Shown here piece after piece: positions 29,672 to 38,675 of a DNA stretch of 64,000 bases (the stretch's first letter is position 1; the number at the start of each line of letters is the position of its first letter). A model generated the notes under the pieces. That model saw nothing but the letters and a program-made list of their open reading frames with translations. It made no database searches and was not told the origin of the DNA. Source of the stretch: an uncultured Verrucomicrobiae bacterium (lineage in GTDB: Bacteria > Verrucomicrobiota > Verrucomicrobiia > Limisphaerales > SIBH01); contig CAVXCM010000013.1 in NCBI GenBank assembly GCA_963760275.1, positions 910,653 through 974,652 of the forward strand. The letters run 5' to 3'. The translations under genes and the position numbers were made by a program.

Positions 29672-32152
29672 TCAGTTCCACCTTGGTTCCCTCCGGTGCA
29701 GGGCGCGCACGAAGAAATCCTGCAGTCGGCGTTTTCCATAGGCGCTGCCCGCCACGCCGTGGCCCGCCCCGGGCACGACGAGATACTCAAAGTCCTTGTT
29801 CGCTTTGATCAGTGCATTGGCGACCTGTGCGGTGCTGGCCGGGTCCACATTGCGATCCATTTCACCCACCATCAAAAGCAGCTTGCCCTTGAGGTTCTTC
29901 GCGAGCGTGACGTTGCTTTGCTCATCGTAATGCTTCTCCACGGGCCAGCCCATCCACTGTTCATTCCACCAGATTTTATCCATGCGATTATCGTGACAGC
30001 CGCAGTCCGAGACCCCGGCCGTGTAGAAGTCGCCGTGGGTGAGCAGGCCGCCCAGGGCATTCTGGCCGCCCGCACTTGTGCCGTAGATTCCGACGCGCGT
30101 GAGGTCGATCTCGGGGTGTTGCGCGGCGGCGGCTTTAATCCAAAGAATGCGATCCGGGAAACCCGCGTCGCCAATGTTCTTCCAACACACGTCGTGGAAC
30201 TTTTTGGAACGCTGGCTCGTTCCCATCCCATCCATCTGCACGACGATGAAGCCGAGTTCCGCCAGTTCCTGCATTCGCGGGACGGCACTAAAGGACTTCG
30301 GTGCAAAGGCGCTGTGAGGGCCGGCGTAAATGTTTTCAATGATGGGATATTTCCTCGCTGGATCGAAATGGGTCGGCCGCACAATCACGCCGTGGATATC
30401 CGTGGTCCCGTCGCGGCCTTTGGCAACGAATCGTTCCGGCGCGCGCCAGCCTTCTTTCACCAAGGCGCTCGCGTCAGCGGCTTCCAAGCGACACACCATC
30501 CTGCCATCGTCGGCTCGCCTCAGCTCCGTTACTGCCGGCATGTCCACGCGGGTGTAAGTGTCGATAAGAAACCTGCGGTCCGGCGAGAACTCGACTGTGT
30601 GTGTGCCATCTCCTTCGGTGAGTTTCACCAGAGAACTGCCGTCGAAATTCACACGGCAGTAATGGATGAAGTAAGGGTCTTGTTCCGGAAAGATGCCGCC
30701 AGCTCGAAACCAGATTTGCCGCTTCTCCCGGTCCACCCGTTCAACCCCGCGCACGACCCATTCGCCTTTCGTGATTTGGTTTTTCACCCGGCCCGTCCTG
30801 GCGTCGTAGAGATACAAGTGGTTCCACCCATCCCGCTCCGACATCCAAATGAGCTCCTCGGTTTCATTGAGCCATTCGAGAAAGCTCTTGCCGCTGTAGT
30901 CGATGAAGGTCTTGCTCTGCTCATCGACGATGGCGCTGACGTGAGCCTGGTTTGCGCTTCGTGGCTCCTGGTTGGTGGGTACTTCGACGGCAATGAGCCG
31001 CAGCACTTGATGCCCTCGCTGGTTGTAGCGGAAGGTAAAGCGGCTCGAGTCTTTCTCCCAACGAATGTCCATGTTGCCAGTCTCGGTGAATGGATTCGGG
31101 AACAACTCGTCACTCACCGAAATCTGCGACTTCGCGTTTACATCGAATAGCGCTGGCCGCGGATGCGGCAGCTGGTCTCCAGGTTTGTAGTAATCGAACG
31201 TGACGAGCTTGGGCTGCACCTGATCCTTTGGCGACGACTCCACGAGACTGACCTTGCGTTCCTGTCCCGGCTTCACGCGCACCGCCACGAAATGTTTCGA
31301 GTTGGTCGACCAGTAAATACGGTCTCGATACGCATCCGTCTGGCTGCCGTCCGTCGTCAGCACGGTTACTTCACCGGTGGTGATCTCTTTGAGCACCACG
31401 TTGTAGTCCTTGATGACAGTCCGCCATTTACCATCGGGCGAGGTATCGCGCGGTTGAACACCATTCGCGCCGCCGTTGCGATTGCTGCGTGGGGGGATTG
31501 CACTCACCGGCGCACCGTTGGTGGTGATAACGGCGTCACTTGCTCGCTCAACGGCTTCGAAGCTTGCCAGCGTTTTGCCCGCGGCATCCGCTGCCACCCA
31601 GGCATGACCGGCAAACGTATGCTGATCGCGCTGGGCGCCTGAGGCGAGCTTGCCATAGCTCTGCCGGGTGCCATCAGTCGCAAGCCAGAACAACTCCACT
31701 TCGTCGCTGGTTCGGTTGATGAAAGTAAGCGAAGTCTCGAGCCCGGTGCGTGGACTGGAGCGGCGTTCACCCAGGTTTGGAGCGGTTGGTTTCAAGGGAT
31801 CCACGGGCCTTCGGTCCAATTTTTGGCGCTCCCCGGTTTCCGCGTTAATCAAAAAAATCTCGCTCGTGTTGGTCCCCGTCTTCACCTCGTACCAGAAGTT
31901 GGTATTGCCGGGCATCCAATGGGCCTGCACCCGGTCGCGAAAAACTTTTCCTGAGAAGCGCTGCGAGAGATTCGCGGCCCGCTCGTAATCGGCTTTGGAC
32001 CCTTGGGCTTGCGCGGGCGATGTCGTGAGGAGCACGAGCCCGACCGCCAGCGAGGATAGAAACTTATATGCGGATTGGCCGGGGCGCTTCCAGGAAAGCG
32101 CCCGCTCGTTCGCATCCTTCGAAACGCGAGGCCAGTATTTTGCGCGTGTCAT
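29672..32152 (-). CDS. S9-family serine peptidase, dipeptidyl-peptidase IV-like (N-terminal propeller plus alpha/beta hydrolase)
   Basis: Nucleophile elbow IYGTSAGGQNALG, acid region MVGEMDRNVDP, His region VVPGAGHGV. Long N-terminal DPP-IV-type propeller region and a signal/anchor LSSLAVGLVLLTTSPAQAQG. Confidence 0.85.
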   Translation of the reverse strand: MTRAKYWPRVSKDANERALSWKRPGQSAYKFLSSLAVGLVLLTTSPAQAQGSKADYERAANLSQRFSGKVFRDRVQAHWMPGNTNFWYEVKTGTNTSEIFLINAETGERQKLDRRPVDPLKPTAPNLGERRSSPRTGLETSLTFINRTSDEVELFWLATDGTRQSYGKLASGAQRDQHTFAGHAWVAADAAGKTLASFEAVERASDAVITTNGAPVSAIPPRSNRNGGANGVQPRDTSPDGKWRTVIKDYNVVLKEITTGEVTVLTTDGSQTDAYRDRIYWSTNSKHFVAVRVKPGQERKVSLVESSPKDQVQPKLVTFDYYKPGDQLPHPRPALFDVNAKSQISVSDELFPNPFTETGNMDIRWEKDSSRFTFRYNQRGHQVLRLIAVEVPTNQEPRSANQAHVSAIVDEQSKTFIDYSGKSFLEWLNETEELIWMSERDGWNHLYLYDARTGRVKNQITKGEWVVRGVERVDREKRQIWFRAGGIFPEQDPYFIHYCRVNFDGSSLVKLTEGDGTHTVEFSPDRRFLIDTYTRVDMPAVTELRRADDGRMVCRLEAADASALVKEGWRAPERFVAKGRDGTTDIHGVIVRPTHFDPARKYPIIENIYAGPHSAFAPKSFSAVPRMQELAELGFIVVQMDGMGTSQRSKKFHDVCWKNIGDAGFPDRILWIKAAAAQHPEIDLTRVGIYGTSAGGQNALGGLLTHGDFYTAGVSDCGCHDNRMDKIWWNEQWMGWPVEKHYDEQSNVTLAKNLKGKLLLMVGEMDRNVDPASTAQVANALIKANKDFEYLVVPGAGHGVAGSAYGKRRLQDFFVRALHRREPRWN

Positions 32153-32272
32153 GATGCCGGGAATTCTGACAGCGCCGCTTCGATTGTCTTGTTCAAATTA
32201 ACTCCCCGCGGCCTTCAAGCATTTTTTAGGCGGGAAAGGCTCAGGCGCTTCGAGAAGATGTTCCTGATTATC

Positions 32273-33844
32273 TCAGAGACCGCCTGGAAGTTTTAATTTC
32301 TTAGCCGCTCCCCCCAACCACTTTGGAGCTCGCGGCGAGTCGTAACGTTCTGCGGCCGCGCGGCGAAATTCTTTTTCCAATTTGCCCTGGGCCCAAGTGA
32401 AGAAGATGACACTCTTGGCAACCATCAGCCCGGGCCCAATCCCCCAACAGCAGGGCACCACGAGGAGGAGGAGGGGGAGGATCAGCACGTAGAGCACGGT
32501 CTTGGTCAAGGCCTGGGCGGGAGTGGAGGAAGTGAGGCCCAACCATAAACCGACTTCGGCCACGGCGAATAAATCCAGCACGAACCAGGCGAGGCAAAAG
32601 CCCAGCACTAAAATCAAGATGAGACGCGCGATGACTGGGTTCCCACTCTGCACAAACAGAACGACCCCCGCCGCGATGAACGTTTCCACGGCCAGCAGTG
32701 CAATCACCGGCCCCATGAAAAGCTCGCGCAGCGCAAGGTGCTGTCCCCGGATTATCTGACGGGCCGTCAGCGGAGTGCAAAGGAGCAGTTCCATGGCTCC
32801 AGAATTTCGGGCGTCAGCAAACGAATGGCAGGCTTCGAATGCCACCCAGATGGCCAGTCCCAGGTGCAGGAGGATTGCGCCGACGAAGACGACCCACAGG
32901 ACGGCACGTTCCGAAAACCCCATGGTGAATCCGAGCAGCCCGAGAGTGGATGTGATCATCACGACAATCCGCAGCCAAAGTTGCCGATCATGAGTGCGCG
33001 CCGTGAGCCACCAGATTGGATTGAGGATCAGGAGCGTATTGCGACGGCGAAGTTTTTTGTTGGGGTCCTCGATCCGCCGCCGTCCGATCGGTCGCCGTCC
33101 GGTTTCCTGCCAGAGGCGCGGCAAGAGGTAGCTGGCCAGCGCCAGCCAGCACCAGCTAATGCCGTGCGTTATCCAGAATGCATTCCAATACCGCGATGGA
33201 AGTGCGGTATAGCGGCTGTCCTCAAATAGCCAAAAGGGTGTGAAAGGACTGACTTGCGAAAGCAGGTTGAATTTCAGCACGGCCCCCAACGTTGGGCACA
33301 CGACGACGAACAACAGGACGAGGAGGAACGTCGCGGTCCACGCTCTCCGGTCACTACGGCTGACTGCCGATACAAACGTGCCGGCGGTCAGCGAAAAGAA
33401 GAGCGCATTGATCAGCGCCAGGACCAGCCGCCAGAACTCACCGCCCGTGACGCCGCCCAGCATCACAGGCACGGCCAGGGCCGGAATCATGGCGATGAGC
33501 GAATAAAAACTGGTGAGCGACGACGCAATGAATTTTCCCAGGACCACGTCGTAGCCTTTGAGGTCCGTGAGGAATAACAGCCCCAGAGTGCCTTCCCGCT
33601 TTTCCACGCTGAGCGAGTCTGCGGTGTTGCGCAGCCCTTCCAAGACCACGAAGGGAAAGGCTAGCCAGCCGAGAGTGACAAGCACGCCATGGCCGATGGG
33701 CCCGGCGGACGCGACAGACATGAACATCAGGACGAAGCTCACCACGGCGGTGGCGAGGAAGGCGATAGCGCCGCGAATCCAGTAGGTGGAACGCCACCGT
33801 GCTCGCTGGCGCAGTTCGCGCTCGACAACGGGAAGGAAAGTCAT
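32273..33844 (-). CDS. ABC-2-type permease, paralog 1 (apparent internally duplicated TMD)
   Basis: MTFLPVVERELRQRARWRSTYW... The N-half motif VEKREGTLGLLFLTDLKGYDVVLGKF is echoed in the C-half by ARNSGAMELLLCTPLTARQIIRGQHL. About 12 hydrophobic segments. Confidence 0.75.
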   Translation of the reverse strand: MTFLPVVERELRQRARWRSTYWIRGAIAFLATAVVSFVLMFMSVASAGPIGHGVLVTLGWLAFPFVVLEGLRNTADSLSVEKREGTLGLLFLTDLKGYDVVLGKFIASSLTSFYSLIAMIPALAVPVMLGGVTGGEFWRLVLALINALFFSLTAGTFVSAVSRSDRRAWTATFLLVLLFVVVCPTLGAVLKFNLLSQVSPFTPFWLFEDSRYTALPSRYWNAFWITHGISWCWLALASYLLPRLWQETGRRPIGRRRIEDPNKKLRRRNTLLILNPIWWLTARTHDRQLWLRIVVMITSTLGLLGFTMGFSERAVLWVVFVGAILLHLGLAIWVAFEACHSFADARNSGAMELLLCTPLTARQIIRGQHLALRELFMGPVIALLAVETFIAAGVVLFVQSGNPVIARLILILVLGFCLAWFVLDLFAVAEVGLWLGLTSSTPAQALTKTVLYVLILPLLLLVVPCCWGIGPGLMVAKSVIFFTWAQGKLEKEFRRAAAERYDSPRAPKWLGGAAKKLKLPGGL

Positions 33845-33944
33845 GCGTCAGCAAGTCCAGCGTCCACCCTCCTCCCAATCGCAAGTGTTGCGCCGGGGAA
33901 CAATCGGAACTGAGCAACCCGGAATGAAGATTCGATGGAGCAGT

Positions 33945-35648
33945 TCATTTCCCGCCATCCTGAGCTTTTGCGTTGAACCATTTTGCCCAGAAACCGGCGG
34001 GTGAGTTCCCCCGTTGGCCGGCCACTAAGCGGAAGTTTGTGCTCAGGTTTCGCAGAGCCCAGAGGCCCAGCAGCAAATCATTCAAGACGGAGAGCAGGAA
34101 CCAAACGGTCAGGAAGACTGTGCCCGGCCAATTGTTGAACAGGCGGGCTCTGAAGACGAACTCCAGCATCGCCGCGAACGCACAGAAGGCGGCAAAGGCA
34201 AACCAGGGCACGATGCAAACCCGCACGATGGCGCTGAAACCGGCCTGGCTGGATTTGCGATTGCGAAGGCTCAACCATGTGGCGACCAGGGCGATGGTGA
34301 CGAGGTCTAGAATGAATATTGTGATTCCTGCAAACCAAACGCCGAGCCAAAGGTCGCGGTCGCTGCCAACCTGGCTGAAGCCAGCGGCGACAAAAATGAA
34401 ATCCAGTGCGCACACTAATGCGACAGCCCCGCCGAACTGGCGCAGCAGCGCAAGCCATTGGCCCCGCAGAATCTCCTTTACGCTGAGGGGTGTGCAGAGG
34501 AGGAGTTCCATGGCGCCGCTTTGCCGATCCTCCCCCAGTCGGCGTGAGGCTTCCATGGCCACCCAGCACTTGAAAAAGCTATGGACCATGACGGCGGTCC
34601 AAATGTAAACGGAGTCGTCGAGCCAGTCTTTTTGGTTGCTAAGAAGACCACCCGTCCAAAGCAAAGCGCCGACTGCGATGCAGAGCCACACGAGGACCAC
34701 CTTGAAGGGATCGCGCGAGGCTAACCAATAGAAGGGATTGATTTCCAAGAGCCGCCGACGGAAGGCAGCGCGAGTGGCCTCGTCTCCTTGGATCCAGGTT
34801 CTGAGTTTCTTCTGGTGGCGACCGGCTTCGGGAGTTGCGGCTTTATCATGCCAGACGCGCGGAAGAATGACCGTGGTGAGGATCAGTGCCAGCCAACCCA
34901 TCGCATGGGTGATGGCGAGGGAGTAGTAAAACCACTGATTCTTTGCAGGCCCCAGAATGGATTTGTAGGGCGCGTCAAAGGCCATAAAGCAGGCAAAGCC
35001 CGGACTGGGCGCCAGCATCATATAAGCCTGATCGTGAAACAATGTGTAGAGGGCATCACCCTGTCTTGTCTCACTGGCGATCCATCCGACGATTCCGGGC
35101 CAGCCACCGGTGACGAGGATGATGAGCAGGAGGGTAAGCCCTATGGATTTCCGTTCGTCCTTGGAGATGGTGGAGCAGATCATTCCGAAGGCCAGCGAAA
35201 GGAAAAGGTTGTTCACGCACACCAACGCCACGCGCCAGAATTCCGCCGGCGCGACACCACCCAGCAGGAGCGGAATAGCCATCACGGGAAAGATGGCAAG
35301 CAAGCCGTAGATGGCAGTGACGGAGGACGCAGCGAGTTTGCCGAGGACAATGTCGTAACTTTTGAGATCGGTAAGAAAGAGCAGGCCGAGCGTGCCGTCG
35401 CGTTTTTCTTCACTGACGCAATCCGCGGTTGAGAGCGCCCCCGCGATGAGCGAGTAGATGTAGGCGATGATCGAGAGAGAGGTGAAGAGGACCATGCCAG
35501 TGCTGCGGGGGGATTGCCGAAACAGAAGCGTCCAGACGAACGAACCGACGACAATGGCGAGCAGCCCGAATGTGAATCGGGTCCAGTATGTCGAGGTGCG
35601 GCGTGAAGACACGCGAAGTTCACGGGCGACGATTGGCAGCAGAGTCAT
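33945..35648 (-). CDS. ABC-2-type permease, paralog 2 (apparent internally duplicated TMD)
   Basis: Start at ATG 35648 (MTLLPIVARELRVSSRRTSTYW) by analogy with the paralogs. SEEKRDGTLGLLFLTDLKSYDIVLGKL and DRQSGAMELLLCTPLSVKEILRGQWL. Confidence 0.75.
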   Translation of the reverse strand: MTLLPIVARELRVSSRRTSTYWTRFTFGLLAIVVGSFVWTLLFRQSPRSTGMVLFTSLSIIAYIYSLIAGALSTADCVSEEKRDGTLGLLFLTDLKSYDIVLGKLAASSVTAIYGLLAIFPVMAIPLLLGGVAPAEFWRVALVCVNNLFLSLAFGMICSTISKDERKSIGLTLLLIILVTGGWPGIVGWIASETRQGDALYTLFHDQAYMMLAPSPGFACFMAFDAPYKSILGPAKNQWFYYSLAITHAMGWLALILTTVILPRVWHDKAATPEAGRHQKKLRTWIQGDEATRAAFRRRLLEINPFYWLASRDPFKVVLVWLCIAVGALLWTGGLLSNQKDWLDDSVYIWTAVMVHSFFKCWVAMEASRRLGEDRQSGAMELLLCTPLSVKEILRGQWLALLRQFGGAVALVCALDFIFVAAGFSQVGSDRDLWLGVWFAGITIFILDLVTIALVATWLSLRNRKSSQAGFSAIVRVCIVPWFAFAAFCAFAAMLEFVFRARLFNNWPGTVFLTVWFLLSVLNDLLLGLWALRNLSTNFRLVAGQRGNSPAGFWAKWFNAKAQDGGK

Positions 35649-35995
35649 TGAGGAAAACTCCAAACTTCAAATTCGAAACTCAAAAAAAGCGCCAGGCACC
35701 AAGTCATTGCTCGGCAGACCTGCGGAGCTGCGGTCGCCCGTCGGCGTTGTGATTGACTTGCGTTCATCCGGTTCGATGGCGCGGCGCGCGGCGTGAGTGT
35801 GGCGCGGTGTCGGCGCAGCCACCAGCCTGCTTTGACCACATGGTGTGATGCGGTGCATTCGTGTTTGCCGGGAACATCCGAGGATTGAGCGGCCACTAGT
35901 TTCAAAATCAGGCTGTGGGTATCGCGTGGCTTGAGCGCTGCGTTTTGAAAGTTGGTTGGCGTTTGGATTCTGAAGTTGCGGGTTTTCATGGCCGG

Positions 35996-37588
35996 TTACC
36001 GAAAAGAAAAGGTTCGGCGAGTCAGGTTCAATTTCAGCCGCCACAGGAGCAGGGCGCCGATGGTGAGTTGCACGGGAACTTGGATGCCAAGTCGCGGCAA
36101 CTCGACGCGGAAGACGAGGCCGTCCGACCCGACGTGCTTAATGGCCGTCAGCAGTTCATTGCATCCCCACCACACTAGTTGCGGCAGCCCAAAGCACACA
36201 GCCAGCGTTGTTAGCCAGGCGAGGAGAATGAGGCGGGTGCGGAGTGAGAAATACAAGCCGACGACGGGGACAACAATGTAGAGCACGGCGAACTCGAGCA
36301 CGTTGAAGTACTGCCAGTTCCCCACCGCCACCGAGAGGTAGAGCAGCATGACGATCCAAATCGCGAACGTGGGCAGGAACTGCGTCCACAATCCATGCAA
36401 CCGGCCAAAGATGATCTGCCGCTCCGAAAGCGGCGTCACGAGGATCAGTTCCAATGCGCCGGTTTCGCGCTCGCGGCGAAAACTGCCGGCGGCAACGTAG
36501 GCCATGCTGACGAGTAACATCCACATTAGGCTCCCGAAGTAACCAAATCCTCCGTAGCCCGCGGACGTTCCGTAAGCGAGCGTCGTGGCGAACGAGATCA
36601 TGATGGAGAACCAGATCCACGAACCCATCCGGCCCGCCCAGGTGCGTTTCTCCAGCCAGCCGATGGGATTGCGCTCCAGCGAGCGGCGCATCCAACGGCG
36701 GAAGAGACCGGTCATGAAGATGGGCGAGTAGAACAGCTTCTCGGCCTCGGTTTGGCGCTTGGTTTTGGGTTTGTCCTGCCAGTGGCGGCGGATTCGCCAT
36801 GCACAGAGAAGCACGATCAGAAGCAGGGAAAAAAAGGAACAGAATGCCACGGCAAAGATGCCCGCGAGGATTGCGTTTGGAGTTTGGGCTGGACGCGTTG
36901 TCGATGTGAGCAGGTCGTGCCAGGCGCCATCGACGTTGAAAACAATCACGGCCACCACTTCGACGATTGGAGCAAAGGAAAGATACGGGAATAGGTTGCG
37001 AGAAGAGAAAAATGCTGCGATGGCGTTCAAACTAAAAACGGTGACGATCCCAAAGCAGATGAAAAGCAGTCCGCTTAAGCACAAAGCACCTCCTGCCGCG
37101 CGCGAAATCCCAGTGCTGACAGAAGAGGCAACCATACCGGCCGCCGTCCCCAAACTGACCGCGCTCAACATGAAACCAACCGACATCAGAAGTTCCTTCC
37201 AGTGCAAACCACCCAGCAACAAGGGCACCGCAATGATTGGAAGCGTCGCCAGCCAAATGGTGAGAGAGCGAAGGCCGTGGGCGAAGGTTTTGGCGGCGAC
37301 GATTTCCCAGGATTTCAAATTCGTGAGGAACAGCAGGCCCAGCGTGCCTTCGCGCCGCTCCTGGCTCAGGCAATCGCAAGTGATCAACGGCGCGAGAATC
37401 CAGATGGCACAGAACACAATGCGATGCATGGCCGCGAACAATTCGCTGCCGGCACTCTTTGAGGATTGGTCTTCCGCGAACCAAAAGAAGAGGGCGGTGA
37501 CGACCGCTGTCGCGCCGAGAAGCCGGAGCCAGTAAGTGGTCCATCGCCGTGAGCCGCCACGGAGTTCACGGAGAATGAGGGGCCACAT
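35996..37588 (-). CDS. ABC-2-type permease, paralog 3 (apparent internally duplicated TMD)
   Basis: MWPLILRELRGGSRRWTTYW. SQERREGTLGLLFLTNLKSWEIVAAKT and RERETGALELILVTPLSERQIIFGRLH. Confidence 0.75.
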   Translation of the reverse strand: MWPLILRELRGGSRRWTTYWLRLLGATAVVTALFFWFAEDQSSKSAGSELFAAMHRIVFCAIWILAPLITCDCLSQERREGTLGLLFLTNLKSWEIVAAKTFAHGLRSLTIWLATLPIIAVPLLLGGLHWKELLMSVGFMLSAVSLGTAAGMVASSVSTGISRAAGGALCLSGLLFICFGIVTVFSLNAIAAFFSSRNLFPYLSFAPIVEVVAVIVFNVDGAWHDLLTSTTRPAQTPNAILAGIFAVAFCSFFSLLLIVLLCAWRIRRHWQDKPKTKRQTEAEKLFYSPIFMTGLFRRWMRRSLERNPIGWLEKRTWAGRMGSWIWFSIMISFATTLAYGTSAGYGGFGYFGSLMWMLLVSMAYVAAGSFRRERETGALELILVTPLSERQIIFGRLHGLWTQFLPTFAIWIVMLLYLSVAVGNWQYFNVLEFAVLYIVVPVVGLYFSLRTRLILLAWLTTLAVCFGLPQLVWWGCNELLTAIKHVGSDGLVFRVELPRLGIQVPVQLTIGALLLWRLKLNLTRRTFSFR

Positions 37589-37598
37589 GGGTGGGAAT

Positions 37599-37650
37599 GT
37601 TGAAAGTTGAGCGTTGCAGGTTCGTTCGCGGCCGCGGTTTAACTTTCAAC
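37599..37650 (-). promoter_or_regulatory. 10-bp perfect inverted repeat in the ATPase-permease spacer (possible mRNA hairpin close to the permease-3 start)
   Basis: GTTGAAAGTT (37599-37608) and AACTTTCAAC (37641-37650) are exact reverse complements. A 32-nt spacer holds the palindrome CGCGGCCGCG (37627-37636). One arm ends 10 nt from the permease-3 ATG (37588). Confidence 0.4.
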
Positions 37651-37676
37651 CTTCAACCCGCACCCTGTCACTTGCT

Positions 37677-38673
37677 TCACTGCGTCTCGCCTTTCGTCAC
37701 GCGCATGAAGACTTCTTCCAAACCAATCTCATCCTCGCGCAGGCCTTTGAGCTTCACGCCGCCGAGGACGAGGGTTTCGGAAATGATGCTGGGGTCGGTG
37801 TCGTGATTTTGCAGGACGACCTTGATGCGTTCCTCCAGCTCTTCCACCTCGCGCACTTCGGGCCGGGCGCGGAGAAGTTCGATCGCTCGCACATGTTGTT
37901 CGGGCGGGACCTTCGCCCACATGACGCGAGTCTCGGAGAGTTGCTGCGTCACGCCCGTCACCGGTCCGCTGTAAATGAGCCGGCCCTTCTCGATGATGGC
38001 GACGCGATTACAGAAGGTCTGGAGTTCGCTGAGGATGTGCGACGAGATGATGATCGTTTTCCCCATGCGCTGGAGTTCCTGGAGAATGGCCATCATCTCG
38101 ATGCGGGCGCGCGGGTCGAGGCCGCTGGCAGGTTCGTCGAGCAGGAGCAGTTGCGGATCGTGAATGAGCACGCGGGCCAGGCCGAGGCGTTGTTGCATGC
38201 CGCGGCTGAGGGCGCCGATGAGCGCGCCTTTCTTCTCGGTCAGGCCGACGAGTTCCAGAACGTCGAGCGACGGTTTTCTCGCGTTGGGCGGTGGGAATCT
38301 TGTAACAGGCGCCAAAGAAATCGAGATACTCGGTCACTTCCATGTCCTTGTACACGCCGAAGAAATCCGGCATGTAACCGATGACGTGGCGGACGGCATC
38401 CGCATCGCGCACCACGTCGTGGCCCAGCACGAAGGCCTTGCCCGCGGAAGGAGCCAGGAACGTGGCAAGGATGCGCAGCGTCGTGGTCTTGCCTGCGCCA
38501 TTGGAACCGATGAAGCCAAAAAGGTCGCCGCGTTGGACGGTGAGGTCGAGCGAGTTTAACGCCGTCATGGCTCCGTAAGTGCGGGTAAGCCCGAGGGTCT
38601 GAACGGCGGGCACCGGTGGCGCGGCGAGAGTCGGTGGTGTTGCGGCGGTAGGGGGCTCGTCGGTGGCTTCCAT
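37677..38673 (-). CDS. ABC transporter ATP-binding protein, one +1 frame break at about 38265
   Basis: Walker A GSNGAGKTT, signature LSRGMQQR, Walker B LLLLDEPASGLD, H-loop SSHIL. The N-part is in the frame of ORF 38008..38778 (start MEATDEPP at 38673) and the C-part is ORF 37677..38315. Confidence 0.88.
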
Positions 38674-38675
38674 AA

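Noticed and set aside
29615-31150. Long antisense ORFs: 29615..31150 (+), 7730..8845 (-), 9077..10024 (-), 21036..22430 (+), 23767..25065 (+), 48799..50280 (+), 53675..55303 (+).
   Set aside because: Each lies opposite a gene with clear family motifs (DPP4-like, dnaE, sulfatase, epimerase/PPIase, DUF4175-like, BatA-like). Their Arg/Gly/His-rich composition and lack of recognisable motifs mark them as stop-poor shadow frames of GC-rich coding DNA.
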